A stretch of 62,815 nucleotides of DNA, the filler included, from Chiloscyllium plagiosum (Eukaryota), in assembly GCF_004010195.1 (NCBI RefSeq). It is 5 parts of one record of this genome, joined end to end, with 100 filler letters (N's around TTAATTAATTAA, not from the genome) between each part and the next. Parts side by side here need not be neighbours in the genome. Positions count along the whole stretch, not along the records: positions 1 to 26,954 come from NC_057716.1; 4 more parts are not named here. One strand, written 5' to 3'. The position numbers and the translations under genes were made by a program. The notes under the pieces were generated by a model. It saw only the letters and a list, made by a program, of their open reading frames with translations, made no database searches and was not told the origin of the DNA. This document shows positions 1 to 12,317 of this stretch, piece by piece (within the stretch, counting starts at the first letter, position 1; each line of letters begins with the position of its first letter).

Positions 1-87
1 GATGCTGCCTGACCTGCTGCGCTTTTCCAGCAACACATTTTCAGCTCTGATCTCCAGCATCTGCAGACCTCACTTTCTCCTCCTTTC
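1..87 (+). mobile_element. Penelope-associated short terminal repeat (pLTR/SINE-like tail)
   Basis: The motif gatgctgcctgacctgctgcgcttttccagc...ctccagcatctgcag recurs at about 22880, 58318 and 59603, always next to Penelope or hammerhead pieces. Confidence 0.7.
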
Positions 88-413
88 TTATCATAGGGCA
101 AGCCAGACAGAGAACAGCCAGGGAATTCCTAGAGGCATGGTATTCATCCACAAACTCCATCAACAAACACATCGACCTGGACCCAATATACCAAATACTA
201 CAGCGGACTGCTGAAACTGACAACCGGAAGCGGCAGGGACAGACCACTATAAACACCGGAGAAAACATCAAAGAAGAGCTTCGCAGGAGGCTCCCAAGCA
301 CTGATGATGTCGCCGAGCCAGGGGACGAAACGTTTGCAACAAAAACTTCTAGCTCGGCGAACAGAAACACAACAACCAGCACCCGAGCTACAAATCTTCG
401 CACCAACTTTGAA
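88..413 (+). mobile_element. Penelope-like element, 3' end (GIY-YIG C-terminus plus pLTR)
   Basis: Translates as IIGQARQRTAREFLEAWYSSTNSINKHIDLDPIY. The same family is present inverted at 5701-5980 and 29684-29897. Confidence 0.9.
298..337 (+). ncRNA. Minimal type I hammerhead ribozyme in a Penelope pLTR
   Basis: gca-CTGATGA-t-gtc[loop]gac-GAAA-cgtt-tgc: intact core, stem II GUC/GAC, stem I gca/tgc and the short palindromic stem III typical of Penelope hammerheads. Confidence 0.8.
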
Positions 414-1495
414 CACTTTATGCATTCTAATATGTCCAACAGCACCTCTATTGTGATAGGTACTGTACCAAGATATGACAAGTAACCTCCCAAAGATCAC
501 AGGTCTTCAGGTCTTTCTTCCTGATTAACACAGAAGGAATATTGAGGACATCAGCCATCTCTTGAGGTTTTACACATGCATGCCTGTTTTGGATTTTAAA
601 ACGTCCTATTCTCTCTCGAGTTATTCTTTTTCTTTATTATACTGAATTTGGATTCACCCTATTCTGCTCAGCCAAGGCTATCTCATACCCCACTTTAGCC
701 CTGCTGATTTCCTTTCTCAGTAAACTCCTGTATCCCCTGTGCACCTCCAGGGATTCCCTTGATCCCAGCTGCCTGTACCTGAGTGATGTCTCCTTTTTTT
801 GCTGGTCAGAACCTCAATATCTCTTGTCATCCAGGGTTCTCTATTCCAACCTCACTTTCCCTTCACCCTCACGGGAACATATAAACGTTGACCTCGAACT
901 ATCTCACTTTTGAAGCCCTCCCACTCGCCCGGGATCCTTTTACCTGGAAACAAACTACTCCTATCAACCCCTGCAATCCCCTGTCTAATTCCAACAAAGT
1001 ATGCCTTATCCCAATTTAGAACTTTAATCTGTGGACTAATTTTGTCCCTACCATAACTATTTTACAGCTCTAGTCACTTTTGCCAAAATGCTCCCCCACT
1101 TTACCTCCGCTACCTATCCTGCCCTATTTCCCAACAGTAGGTTGATTTTGTCCCTTCCCGAGTAGGACCATCTACATGCTGCTTGTGAAAGCTTTCCTGA
1201 ACACACTTAACAAATTATGTTCCATATACGTTCTTAACCCTCTGTAAGTCCCAGTCTATGTTAGGATAATTTAAATCACCTATTATGAGAACCCTATTGC
1301 TCCTGCAATCTCGCCAGTCTCCCTGCATATTTGTTCTTCCTATTCCCATTGATTATTTGAAGGCTTATTGTGCAACTGCTGTACCATTACCACCCCACCC
1401 CTTCTTACTTGTTTCACCATTCACAAAACCTCATTGGATATTATCTCAGTTATTCATCTTTAAATACTAGAGTGATACTCGTCTTAATCAGAACT
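414..1495 (-). mobile_element. Degenerate CR1 LINE fragment (endonuclease-to-linker part of ORF2)
   Basis: The minus strand encodes NRVLIIGDLNYPNIDW and SDxELxNS-like APE motifs. It is paralogous to 33800-34870 and 36398-37215. Confidence 0.85.
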
Positions 1496-1537
1496 ATTGG
1501 TATTTAAATTGTTTTTATTTCCATCTCTTCCTCGCAG

Positions 1538-1888
1538 TGACTTTCACAATCGTCGCATCCGTTGTCAATACATAGTGGAGATATGGAGCTGTAAATGGAT
1601 GGGAACTGCACATCCTGTCACTGTCAGCACTGGTTACATGTTTCTCCACACTGGGCAGTGATCTAACGTAGTGTTACCAAACAATGCAACAGCCTGGGTT
1701 TATATACGAATGAACCAGTGCGGACTACACTGCTCCCCATGCTGGACATTTAGCCCGGAATATAGATCAAGCATTGGTGTGGGCTGCACAGAGTTTCACT
1801 CTGGACATTGCTGGGTTGCATAGAGCTGTACACTAGCTGGACCTACACAGTGCTCCATCCTGAATATGTAATGGATGGGCTGTTTTAT
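1538..1888 (+). pseudogene. Putative highly degenerate Ig V-type exon or segment (copy 1 of 3)
   Basis: Pyrimidine tract plus cag at 1537 and gtgagt at 1889 give a 351-nt symmetric exon. One stop-interrupted frame gives ...GSDLT*CYQTMQQPGFIY...QSFTLDIAGLHRAVH*. CACAGTG lies at 1846. Multiple stops and frameshifts. Confidence 0.35.
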
Positions 1889-2659
1889 GTGAGTTGGATG
1901 CGAATGTGAGAGTACTAAACACCTGGCAATGCCTTTGTTTTGTGTTTTAATTCTTGTGATTGGACTCTTCAAATCTCGACTCAGCCGGTTAGACCCATCC
2001 CTCTGGATGAGTGATGGTGACTGATGTTACAGCATCTGCAACATGACCAACAAATGGAGCAGAGGCTGCAGAGAAGACAATCTCCGTAAAATAGAATGAT
2101 GGAATCACCATCAGATCAGCCGTGATCTTAGTGAATGTTGAGGCAGGATTGAATGGGCCACTAATGCAATTTATTCATATACTTCTGTTTGTTCCAAGCA
2201 AACCCCCCTTCTCTACTCGTGTCTCATACTGGTGGGGAGTGAGTCTGCTGTCCTAGTGTAACAGGATTCTGAGGCCTCACTAACTTCCAGATTTCGCTGT
2301 GCCCCAGTTTCGAGCACTGAGTGAATCCTTCCTGTCCCTGTGTCCCAGTCTCGACCAGCTAAGTGACTACCTCCTGATCCAAGGTTTGTGAAAGTAGATG
2401 TCCTCCTCCTGTTCCTGTGTAACAGGCTGCAATAGCTCTGTGCTCACCTGCTGCTCTTGTGGAATGAATTTGTGGGGCTGGATGGCCTCTTCACATTCCT
2501 TACAGATGCTCTTGAATAAAAGCCTTTCTCCTGTTTCTGCAAAACATTATCATAATCTGAATGATGTATTTTTGTATTTTACTCTCAGCAATTGAGCAAA
2601 TAAGCTGACTGACAGAATTCAGAAGCCGAATACCCTCCTCCTGTTCCTGTGCTATACAC

Positions 2660-5180
2660 TCAAGAGGCAATAGAGTCTCAGAGATGTACAGCACAGAAAA
2701 ATAACTTTCAGTCTGATGATACCGACCAAATATCCTACATAAATCTCGTCCCCGTTGCCAGCACTTGGCCCATCTCCCTCTAAACATTTACCATGCATGA
2801 ATCCGTCCAAATGCCTTTTAAATGGTGTAACTGTACCTGCCTCCACGACCCCTTTCGGCTGTTCAATCCATACATACAGCAGTCTCTGTGTGAAAATGTC
2901 CCTATTTAAATCTTTCCCCTCTCAGCTTAAACTAATTTTGGACTCGTCAATCCTGGGTAAAAGACATTGACTGTTTACCTTATCTATGCCCCTCATGATT
3001 TTATAAACGTCTTTAAGGTCACCTTTCAGCCTCAACACTTGAAAATAATCCCAGCCTACTCAAACTCTAGCTGTAACTCTCACCCTCCAACACTTGCAAC
3101 ATTCTTTTAAATCTCTTCTGCACTCATCTTTCCGACAACAGGGAGACCAGAATTAAAGGCAATATTACAAAGTGAATCCTTCCTGTACAGATGCAAACCA
3201 ATGTCCTGTACAGATGCAACATGCCATGCAAATGTTTAGACTCAAAGCACGCACCAATAAAGGGAAGATCACCAAGTGCCTTCTTCGCTGCGCTGTCTAC
3301 CTGTGACGGAATTTCAAGGAACGGAGAACCTGTACCACAAGGTGACACGGTAGCTCAGTGACTAGCATTGCTGCTTCAGAGTGCAACGATCTGGGTTTAA
3401 TTCCATCCTTGAATGATTGCCTGTGTGGAGTTTGCACATTCTCCTCGTGTCTGCATGAGTTTCCTCCAGATGTTATGTTTTGCTCTGACAGTATAAAGAC
3501 ATACAGATAAGGGTAGATTGGCCATGCTAAATTGCGTAAAGTACCCAGGGATGTGTAGACGAGGTGGATTAGCCATTGGAAATGCAGGCTCAGAGGGATA
3601 GGGTAGGGGTTTGTCCAGTGGGATACTGTTTAGAGGTTCGGTGTGGCCTCGATGGGCCGAATAGCCTGTTTCCTCAATGTCGGGATTCGATAATTTCTAT
3701 GGAGTTCTTCTTGATTGGCAGCTTTCGACAGGGCCCTACCTACATCTCTTGCCTTGAATTGTCTTGCCTAAATGCAACACCTCACATTTAACTAAAATAA
3801 ACTCCATCTGCGACTCCTCGGCTCACCTAAGCAAAGTCGCATTATAGTCTGAGAGATCATTCTTCACTGTCGACTACACTACCAAATTTGGTATTATCTA
3901 CAAACTTACTGACTTCATATACTCAAATGCAAATGATTTGTGTAAGTGACAAAAGGCAGTGGACCCACTATCGATCTTTGCGGCACGTCACTGGTCACAG
4001 GTCTCCAAGTTTCCAATATTCAAGAAAATGTTGGATCTAAATGGCGAGCTCTCCCTGTATTCCAGGCAGTCGGACCTTGCTAACCAGTCTACCATGTAGA
4101 ACATTTTGGTTTTCTTAATGAATTCCGTAAAGACAACATCCACTGTCCTGCCTTCATCAATCATCTTCATCACTTCCTTAAAAAAATTCCATCGAGTCAG
4201 TGAGACGTGATCTCCAATGAACAAAGCCCTCTTCAGTCCTTGTCTTTCCAAATGCCTATGCATCCTTTCCCACAAATTCTCCTCCAACAATTTAGGCACC
4301 CTTGAAGTCAGGCTCACTGATCTATAGTTACCCGTTTTTTCCCTTACTTTCTTCAATAATGACACTACGTTAGCAACCCTCCAGTCTTTTGCCACCTCAG
4401 CTGTGGAAATCAATGTTGCAAATATATCAGCAAAATGTTGAGCAATCTCTTTCCTAGCTTCCCACAAGCATCTGGGATACAACTGATCAGGTCCCAGGGA
4501 TTTGTTCACCGTTATGTGTTTTAAAATGTCCAACACCTCCTTGTAATATAGATACGTTTCAATGTATCACTATATATTTCTTCATTCACTCGCTCTTGTA
4601 ACTTCCTCCACATTAAATACTGAGGAGAAATACTTGTTTTGTAACCCTCTAATCTCCTGTATTTCCATACATAGGTAGCCTTACTGATCTTTAAGGTGCA
4701 CCATTCTCTCCCTAGTTAATCTTTTGCTGTTAAAGGATGTCTAGAATTTCTTCAATGCCTCGTTAACCCTATTTCTAAAGCCATCTCATGGCCATCTTTT
4801 TCTGGCCCGATTTCCCCATTGACTATGCACTTACTGCCCTTATATTCCTCTCGGGATTCACTTGATCTCAGCTCTGTTTACCTGACATATGCCTCCTTCC
4901 TTATCTTGACCAGAGCATCAATATATCTCGCCATCCAGCACTCCCTGCACCCACCAGCCTTGCTCCTCTCACTAATGGGAAAATGTTGGCTCTGGACTCT
5001 CTGAAACCAAGTTTTGATGGCCTTGCACTTCCCAACCATCCCTTTACCTGTGAATAGGGTGTTCCAATTAGCCTTTCACAGGGCTCGCCTAACACTTTCA
5101 AAGTCGGACTTGTTCAAAGTTAGAACTTTAATATTTACATCAGGTCTTTCCTATTCCAAAACTAATTTAAAACTAATATT
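2660..5180 (-). mobile_element. CR1 LINE (RT and 3' UTR), degenerate, interrupted by a SINE
   Basis: ORF 3988-4536 gives KSLGPDQLYPR...DWRVANVVSLLKK...GNYRSVSLTS...IDEGRTVDVVF. The 3' end encodes TPFKRHLD. Confidence 0.9.
3341..3700 (+). mobile_element. HE1-type tRNA-derived V-SINE
   Basis: tRNA-like head ggtagctcagtg...agcattgctgc, V-domain tgtgtggagtttgcacattctc, and CR1-derived tail gggccgaatagcctgttt. Confidence 0.85.
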
Positions 5181-5700
5181 TACGTGTAACAGACTTGAAA
5201 GTTAAATAAACACTTCCTGTCCCTTTGTAACAGGCTTGAGAGGCCGAATGGGCTCCTCGTGGCCCTCCGTAATAGACCAAAAAGGCTGAATGGCCTCCTC
5301 CTTTCCTTGTGTAACAGACCCGAGACATTAAATGACACAGCAACCAGTGGATTACGAGCAGCCGTTAAACTGTATCTGATGGAAACACAAACAACACAAT
5401 GTACTCCAGGTGCCCTCTCAGTAACACTTCATACAGCTTCAGCGACACATCTCTTTCATGTATGGCAGGCAGTCTAACCTTGTTAACCAGTCTACCATGT
5501 AGAACATTTTGGTTTCCTTACTGAATTCCATAAAACAACATCCACTGACCTGCCTTCATTAATCATCTTCATCACTTTCTCGAAAAATTGCACTGAGTCA
5601 GTGAGATGTGATCTCCAATATACAAAGCCTTCTTCAGTCCATGTCTTTCCAAATGCATACACATCCTTTCCCTGAAAATCCCTTCCAACAATTTAGTTAC

Positions 5701-6350
5701 CGTTGTTGTGGTTCTGTTCGCCGAGCTGGAAGTTTTTGTTGCAAACGTTTCGTCCCCTGGCTAGGCGACATCATCAGTGCTTGCGAGCGCTTCTTTGATG
5801 TTTCCTCCGGTGTTTATCGTGCTATGTCCCTGCCGCTTCCGGTTGTCAGTTTCAGCTGTCCGCTGTAGTGGTTGGTATATTGGGTCCAGGTCGATGTGTT
5901 TGTTGATGGAGTTTGTGGATGAATGCCATGCCTCTAGGAATTCCCTGGCTGTTCTCTGTCTGGCTTGCCCTATGATAGTAGTGTTGTCCCAGTCGAATTC
6001 ATGTTGCTTGTTGTCTGCGTGTGTGGCTACTAAGGATAGCTGGTCGTGTCGTTTCGTGTCTAGTTGATGTTCATGTATGCTGATTGTTAGCTGTCTTCCT
6101 GTTTATCCTATATAGTGTTTAGTGCAGTCCCTGCATGGTATTTTGTACACTACATTTGTCTTGCTCATGTTGGGTATCGGGTCCTTCGTTCTGGTGAGTT
6201 GTTGTCTGAGCGTGGCTGTTGGTTTGTGTGCCGTTATGAGTCCTAGGGGTCGCAATAGTCTGGCAGTCAGTTCTGAGATGCTCCTGATGTATGGTAGTGT
6301 GGCTAGTCCTTTTGGTTGTGGTATGTCGTCGTTCCTTGGTCTTTCTCTTA
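5701..6350 (-). mobile_element. Penelope-like element: GIY-YIG endonuclease region and pLTR
   Basis: ORF 6103-6363 gives TLPYIRSISELTARLLRPLG...TNVVYKIPCRDCTKHYIG. Confidence 0.92.
5741..5780 (-). ncRNA. Minimal hammerhead ribozyme
   Basis: Reverse complement reads gca-CTGATGA-tgtcgcctagccaggggac-GAAA-cgtt-tgc. Confidence 0.8.
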
Positions 6351-6771
6351 GCACTGAAATCACTAAGAAACGATAAGAACATAATCATACTACCAGCAGA
6401 TAAAGGCAGAATGACGGTCATCCTAGATAAATCTGATTACATCCAAAAAGCACAACAACTACTTGCAGATATCAACACCTACCAAAAGAGGGAGTTTGAC
6501 CCCACCCCACAGCTCACCAATAGGATAAATAACATACTAAGTAATCTACAAAAACACGGACAGATAACCAGAGCTGACCTACAAAGAATGAAACCGGAAA
6601 GCAACAACACCCCCAGATTCTATGGATTACCTAAAGTACACAAACCAGACATCCCACTCAGACCCATAGTATCACTAACAGGGACACCATCATACAAACT
6701 GGCCAAAGAACTACAGCAGAAACGGAAACACCTGGTCAGCGGATCCAAACACTCTATACAATCAACACAGG
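6351..6771 (+). mobile_element. Penelope-like RT N-terminal region, inverted relative to the adjacent endonuclease part
   Basis: Translates as LKSLRNDKNIIILPADKGRMTVILD...PRFYGLPKVHKPDIPLRPIVS, the canonical Penelope RT motifs. Confidence 0.93.
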
Positions 6772-6860
6772 ATACTATCTCAGTTATTACCTCAGTGATA
6801 CTCGCCTTAATCAGAACTACTGGTAACTTGAACTGTTTCCAATTACATCTCTCCCTCGTA

Positions 6861-7181
6861 GTGATTTTCACATCCGCAGCACCCCTTGTCAAGGCACAGT
6901 GGAGACATGCAGGTGTAAATGGATGGAAGCTGCACATGCTGTCACTTTCAGCATTGGTTACAAGTTTCGCCACATTGGGCAGTGATCTATCACAGTGTTA
7001 ACGAACAATGCGACAGCCTGGGTTTCTTTATGAATGAACCAGTGCGGACTGCACAGCTCCACATGCTGGGCATTTAGCCCCGGATTATAAATCAAGCATT
7101 GGCGTGGGCTGCACAGAGTTCCACTCTGGGCCGGATCTACACAGTGCACCGTTCTGAATTTATAATGGAAGATCTGGTTAG
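6861..7181 (+). pseudogene. Putative Ig V-like relic, copy 2 (internally deleted)
   Basis: Collinear with 1538-1888. Retains CACAGTG at about 7140 and ag|gtgagt at about 7181. Confidence 0.3.
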
Positions 7182-7563
7182 GTGAGTTTGATTGCGAATG
7201 TGAGAGAACTAATTAGCTGGCAATATCTTTATTTTGAATTTTCATTCTTGTGATTGGACCCTTCAAATCCTGACTCATCGTTAGGCACGACCCTCTGGAT
7301 GAGTCATAGTGACTGTTGTTAAAGCAGCTGGGTCTGCAACATGACTAACAAATGGAGCAGAGGCTGCAGAGAGGACAGTCTCCGTAAAATGGAATGAGGA
7401 AATCATAATCAGATCAGACGTGGTCTTAGTGAACAGTGGGGCAGGATTTATGTTTGTTCTAAGCAAACTCCCCTTTTCTCCCAGTGTCCCATACTGGTGT
7501 GGAGTGAGGCACCCCCTCCTGTTCCTGTGTAACAGTATCCTGGGGGCTCACTCGCCTACAGAT

Positions 7564-8280
7564 TTCTCTGTGGACCAGTTTCGAACAGTTGAGTGACTGC
7601 CTCCTGTTCCTGTCCCAATCTTGAGCAGTTGAATGACTGCCTCCTGTTCCTGTGTCCCAGTCTCGAGCAGTTGAATGACTCCCTCCAGTTCCTGTGTCCC
7701 AGTCTTGAGCAGTTGAATGACTCCCTCCTGTTCCTGTGTCCTAGTCTCGAGCAGTTGAGTGACTCCCTCCTGTTCCCGTGTCCCAGTCTCGAGCAGTTGA
7801 GTGACTCCCTCCTGTTCCTGTTTCCCAGTCTCGAGCAGTTGAATGACTCCCTCCTATTCCTGTGTCCCAGCCTCGAGCAGTTGAATGACTGCCTCTTGTT
7901 CCTGTGTCCCAGCCTCGAGCAGTTGAATGACTGCCTCCTGTTCCTGTGTCCCAGTCTCGAACAGTTGAATGACTCCCTCCTGTTCCTGTGTCCCAGCCTC
8001 GAGCAGTTGAATGACTGCCTCTTGTTCCTGTGTCCCAGTCTCGAGCAGTTGAATGACTCCCTCCTGTTCCTGTTTCCCAGTCTCGAGCAGTTGAATGACT
8101 CCCTCCTGTTCCTATGTCCCAGTCTTGAGCAGTTGAATGACACCCTCCTGTTCCTGTGTCCCAGTCTCGAGCAGTTGAATGACCGCCTTCTATTCCTGTG
8201 TCCCAGTCTCGAGCAGTTCAGTGACTCCCTCCTGTTCCTGTATACCAGTCTCTAGCCATTGAATGACAGCCTCCTGATCC
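7564..8280. repeat. 42-bp minisatellite, about 17 units (gactccctcctgttcctgtgtcccagtctcgagcagttgaat)
   Basis: Direct periodicity. The ORF track shows a 14-aa repeat on both strands. Confidence 0.97.
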
Positions 8281-8519
8281 CACGTTTGTGAAAATACATG
8301 TCCGCCTCCTGTTCCTGTCCAACTGGCTCCAATAGCTCTGTGCTCACCTGCTGCTCCTGTGGAATGGATGTGAGGGCCGGAATGGCCTCTTCACGTGCTT
8401 TACGGCTTTTCTTGACTAAATGCCTTTCTCCTACATCTGTAAAATAACATCAAAATCTGAACGACTGGCAGAATTCAGAAGCTGAATAGCTTCCTCTTGT
8501 TCCTTTGTTATACACTCAA

Positions 8520-11020
8520 GAGGGAAGAGTGTCAGAGATGTACAGCATGGAAAGAGACCCTTCAGTCCGGCCATCCATGCCGACCAAACATCCGAAATAA
8601 ATTTCGTCCCTTTATCCAGCACTTGACCAATCTCCCTCTCACGACTTCCAAATGGCTTTTAAACGGTGCAACTGTACCTGCCTCCACCATCTCTTTTGGT
8701 TGTTCAATCCATATGCACAGCATTCTAAGCGTGAAAATGTCCCTATTTAAGTCTTTCCCCTCTCACCTTAAACCTTTGTCTTCTAATCTTGGACTCGCCT
8801 ATCCTGGGGAAAAGACATTGACTGTTTACCTTATCCATGCACCTCATGATTTTATAAAAACCTCTTTAAGGTCACCCCTCAGCCTCGACACTTGTAAATA
8901 GTCCCAGCCTATTCAAACTCTCCCTGTAACTCTAACCCTCCAACATCTGCAATATTCTTTTAAATCGCTTCTGCACCCTTTCAAGTTTGACAACATCTTT
9001 TTCACAGCAGGGTGACCAGAATTAAAGACAAAATTACAAAAGTGGCCAAGCCAATGTTCTGTACCAATAAAGGGAAGATCGCCAAGTGCCTTCTTCACAG
9101 CGCTGTCTACCTGTGACGGCACTTTCAAGGAACGGAGAACTTGCACCACAAGGTGACACAGTAGCTCAGTGACGAGCGTTGCTGCTTCAGAGCACAGCGA
9201 TCTGATTTTAATCCATCTTTGAATGACGGCCTGTGTGGAGTTTGCACATTCTCCCCGTGTCTGCATGAGATTCCTCCGGATGTTATGTTTCCCTCCGACT
9301 GTATAAAGATATACAGGTAAGGGTAGATTGGCCATGCTCAATTGCGTAAAGTACCCAGGGATGTGTAGGCGAGGTGGATTAGCCATGGGAAATGCAGGCT
9401 CAGAGGGATAAGGTAGGGGTTTGTTCAGTGGGATACTGTTTAGTGGATCGGTGTGGCCTCGAAGGGCCATGTAGCCTGTTTCCTCACTGCAGGGATTCGA
9501 TAATTTCTATGGAGTTCACCTTGATTGGCAGCTTTCGACGGGACCCTACCTATATGTCTTGCCTTGATTTGTCTTGCCAAAATGGAACAACTCACATTTA
9601 TCAAAAATAAACTCCATCTGCCACTCCTCGGTTCATCTAAGCAAAGTCCCATTATAGTCTGAGAGATCATTCTTCACTGTCGACTAAACCAACAAATTTG
9701 TTATTATCTACAAACTTACTAGCCATACTTCATGTACTCAATTGCAAATTATTTGTATCAGTGACAAAAGGCAGTGGACCCTCTATTGATCTTTGCGGCA
9801 CGCCACTGGTCACAGGTCTCCAAGTTCAATGAACAAATGTCCACTGTCACGCCCTGTCTCCAATATTCAAGAAAATATTGGATCTAAATGACGATCTCCC
9901 CCTTGATCCCAGGCAGTCTGACCTTGCTAACCAGTCTACCATGTAGAACATTTTGGTTTTCTTACTGAATTCCATAAAGACAACATCCACTGTCCTGCCT
10001 TCATCAATCATCATCATCACTTCCTCAAAAAATTCCACCGAGTCAGTGAGACGTGATCTCCGATGTACAAAACCCTCTTCAGTCCTTGTCTTTCCAAATG
10101 CATATACATTCTTTCCCTCAAAATCCCTTCCAACATTTTTTTCACCATTGCCGTCAGGCTCACCAATCTATAGTTACCTGGTTTTTCCTTACTTTCTTAA
10201 ATAATGACACAATATTAGCAGCCCTACAGTCTTTTGATACCTCACATGTGGAAATCAATGATACAAGTATATCATTAAAATACTGAGCAATCTCTTTCCT
10301 AGCTTCCCACAAAAGTCTGGGATTCAACTGATCAGGTCCCCGGCATTTGTTCACCTTTAAGTGTTTCAAAATGTCCAACAACTCCTTATAATATAGACAC
10401 TTTTCAAGATATGAGTGTATATTTCTTCATTCTCTCGCTCTTGTAAACTCCTCTACATTAAATACTGAGGAGAAATTCTTGTTTTGTATACTTCCCATCT
10501 CCTGTAGTTCCACACATAGGTAGCCTTATTGATCTTTAAGGGGCCCTATTCTCTCCCTAATTGATATTTTGCCATTAAGGGATTTGTAGAATTTCTTCAA
10601 TGCCTCAGTATCCCTATTTCTAAAGTCATCTCATGTCCACATTTTTCTGGCCCGATTTCCCCGTTGACGATACACTTATTGCCCTTGTACACCTCTCGGG
10701 ACTCACTTGATAACAACTCTGTTTACCTTACATATGCCTCCTTCCTTAACTTGACAAGAGGATCAAGATATCTAGCCATCCAGCACTCCCTGCACCCACC
10801 AGCCTTGCTCCTCTCACTAATAGGAACACGTTGGCTCTGGACTCTCTGAAACCAGGTTTTGCTGACCTTGCATTTTCCAAACATTGTTTTACCTGTGAAT
10901 GCGGTATCCCAATCAGCCTTTCACAGGGCTCGCCTTACACTTTCAAAATTGGCCTTGTTCAAAGTTAGAACTTTAATACTTACAGCAGGTCTTCCCCATT
11001 CCAAAACTAATTTAAAACTA
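8520..11020 (-). mobile_element. CR1 LINE, paralog of 2660-5180
   Basis: Collinear with 2660-5180 and carries the same SINE at the same site. Confidence 0.88.
9151..9510 (+). mobile_element. HE1-type V-SINE
   Basis: Same structure and flanks as 3341-3700. Confidence 0.85.
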
Positions 11021-11949
11021 ATATTTATGCGTAACAGACTTGAAAGTTAAATAAGCACTTCATGCCCCTCTGTAACAGGCTCGAGAGGCTAATTAGGCTC
11101 CTCGTGGCCCTGTGTAATAGACTGGAAAGGCTGAATGGCATCCTCCTGTCCCTGTATAACAGCTCCGAGACATTAAATGAGACAGCACCCTGTGGATTAC
11201 GAGCAGCCGTTAAACTGTATGGGATGGAGGTCCATCCCTTCTCAGTTACAGAAACACAAACAACACAATGTACTCCAGGTGCCCTCTCAGTAGCACCTCA
11301 TACAGCTGCAACGATATATCTCTTTGTTTTGAATGATTATTTTGGCAAAATGTGCCAATATTCCAGCTTTCCACCTTTTCAAGTAGCAACAGGCTAATCT
11401 AGGCTGAATGGCCTTCTCTTATCCCTCTGTAAGAGGCCCATAAGGACAGAATTGCTTCGACCTGTTCCTGAGCAGCAGTCTCAATGCTCTGTCTCAAGGT
11501 TATATAAGGATTTCCTTACAGGTCACTTAAAACCAGGAGTAGCCGCACACTGGTCAATAAATATCATACTTTGGGTTAAGGTATCTAGAAACGTGCCCAC
11601 CCAACTTTTTTTATGCAGCCGATCTGTTATTTTATAACTGCCTCCTTTCATAAACAGAGTGGAAATATATAGACCCCTGCTGTGTTCTGTTAATACTCTC
11701 ATATACAAGTTAATAAAAAGATTTAAAAGTTTTAATGATTTATGATCCATCCTTCAGCATCCCTCAACCATTCCATCCAAACCCAGCAAATGTTCCCTTT
11801 TATAGTGATATGAAAAGTGATGTGTGGAACTCGTTAACTGAGCCTGTTTATTTAGTCATGATTTGGAGATGTCGGTGTTAAATTGGAGTGTACAAAGTTA
11901 AAAAAACACACAACACCAGGTTATAGTCCAACAGGTTCAATAGGAAGCA

Positions 11950-11984
11950 AATTAGCTTTCGGAGCGGTGCTCCTTCATCAGGTG
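11950..11984 (-). ncRNA. Minimal hammerhead ribozyme motif (stem I degenerate)
   Basis: Reverse complement reads cac-CTGATGA-a-ggagc-acc-gctcc-GAAA-gcta. Confidence 0.7.
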
Positions 11985-12317
11985 ATAGTGGAGGAGATAC
12001 TTCTAAGGCACAGAATTTATAGCAAAATTTTACAGTGAGATGTAACTGAAATTATACATTGAAAAATACTTTTATTGTCTGTTGAGTCTTTCATCTGTTC
12101 CAATACCATAATAGTTTCACTTCTTTCATGTGTAAATCACAAAACTTTTTTTTTTAAAAAGTTGCATTTTCAAGTTAGCAGTAACAATGAGTGTTAGCTG
12201 GACACTATGTTGAAGGTGTTAGCCCTCTCTGTTCTCTGTCTATGCCATTATGTTTAGATTGATTCAAATCTGAAAAGTGAAATAACAGAGTTTTACATGA
12301 ATTCATGCACAAAATAT

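Noticed and set aside
1846..1885. Functional recombination signal sequence
   Set aside because: The heptamer is present but there is no ACAAAAACC-like nonamer at 12 or 23 nt in any copy.
3341..3420. tRNA genes
   Set aside because: The tRNA-like A/B boxes are SINE heads with no complete cloverleaf.
6291..7001. 236-aa ORF as a host gene
   Set aside because: It is a chimeric read-through of Penelope RT into flanking duplicated DNA.
7556..8255. 195- and 220-aa repetitive ORFs (LRR-like appearance), or a CRISPR-like array
   Set aside because: These are by-products of a 42-bp minisatellite. There are no unique spacers, and the paralogs lack the expansion.
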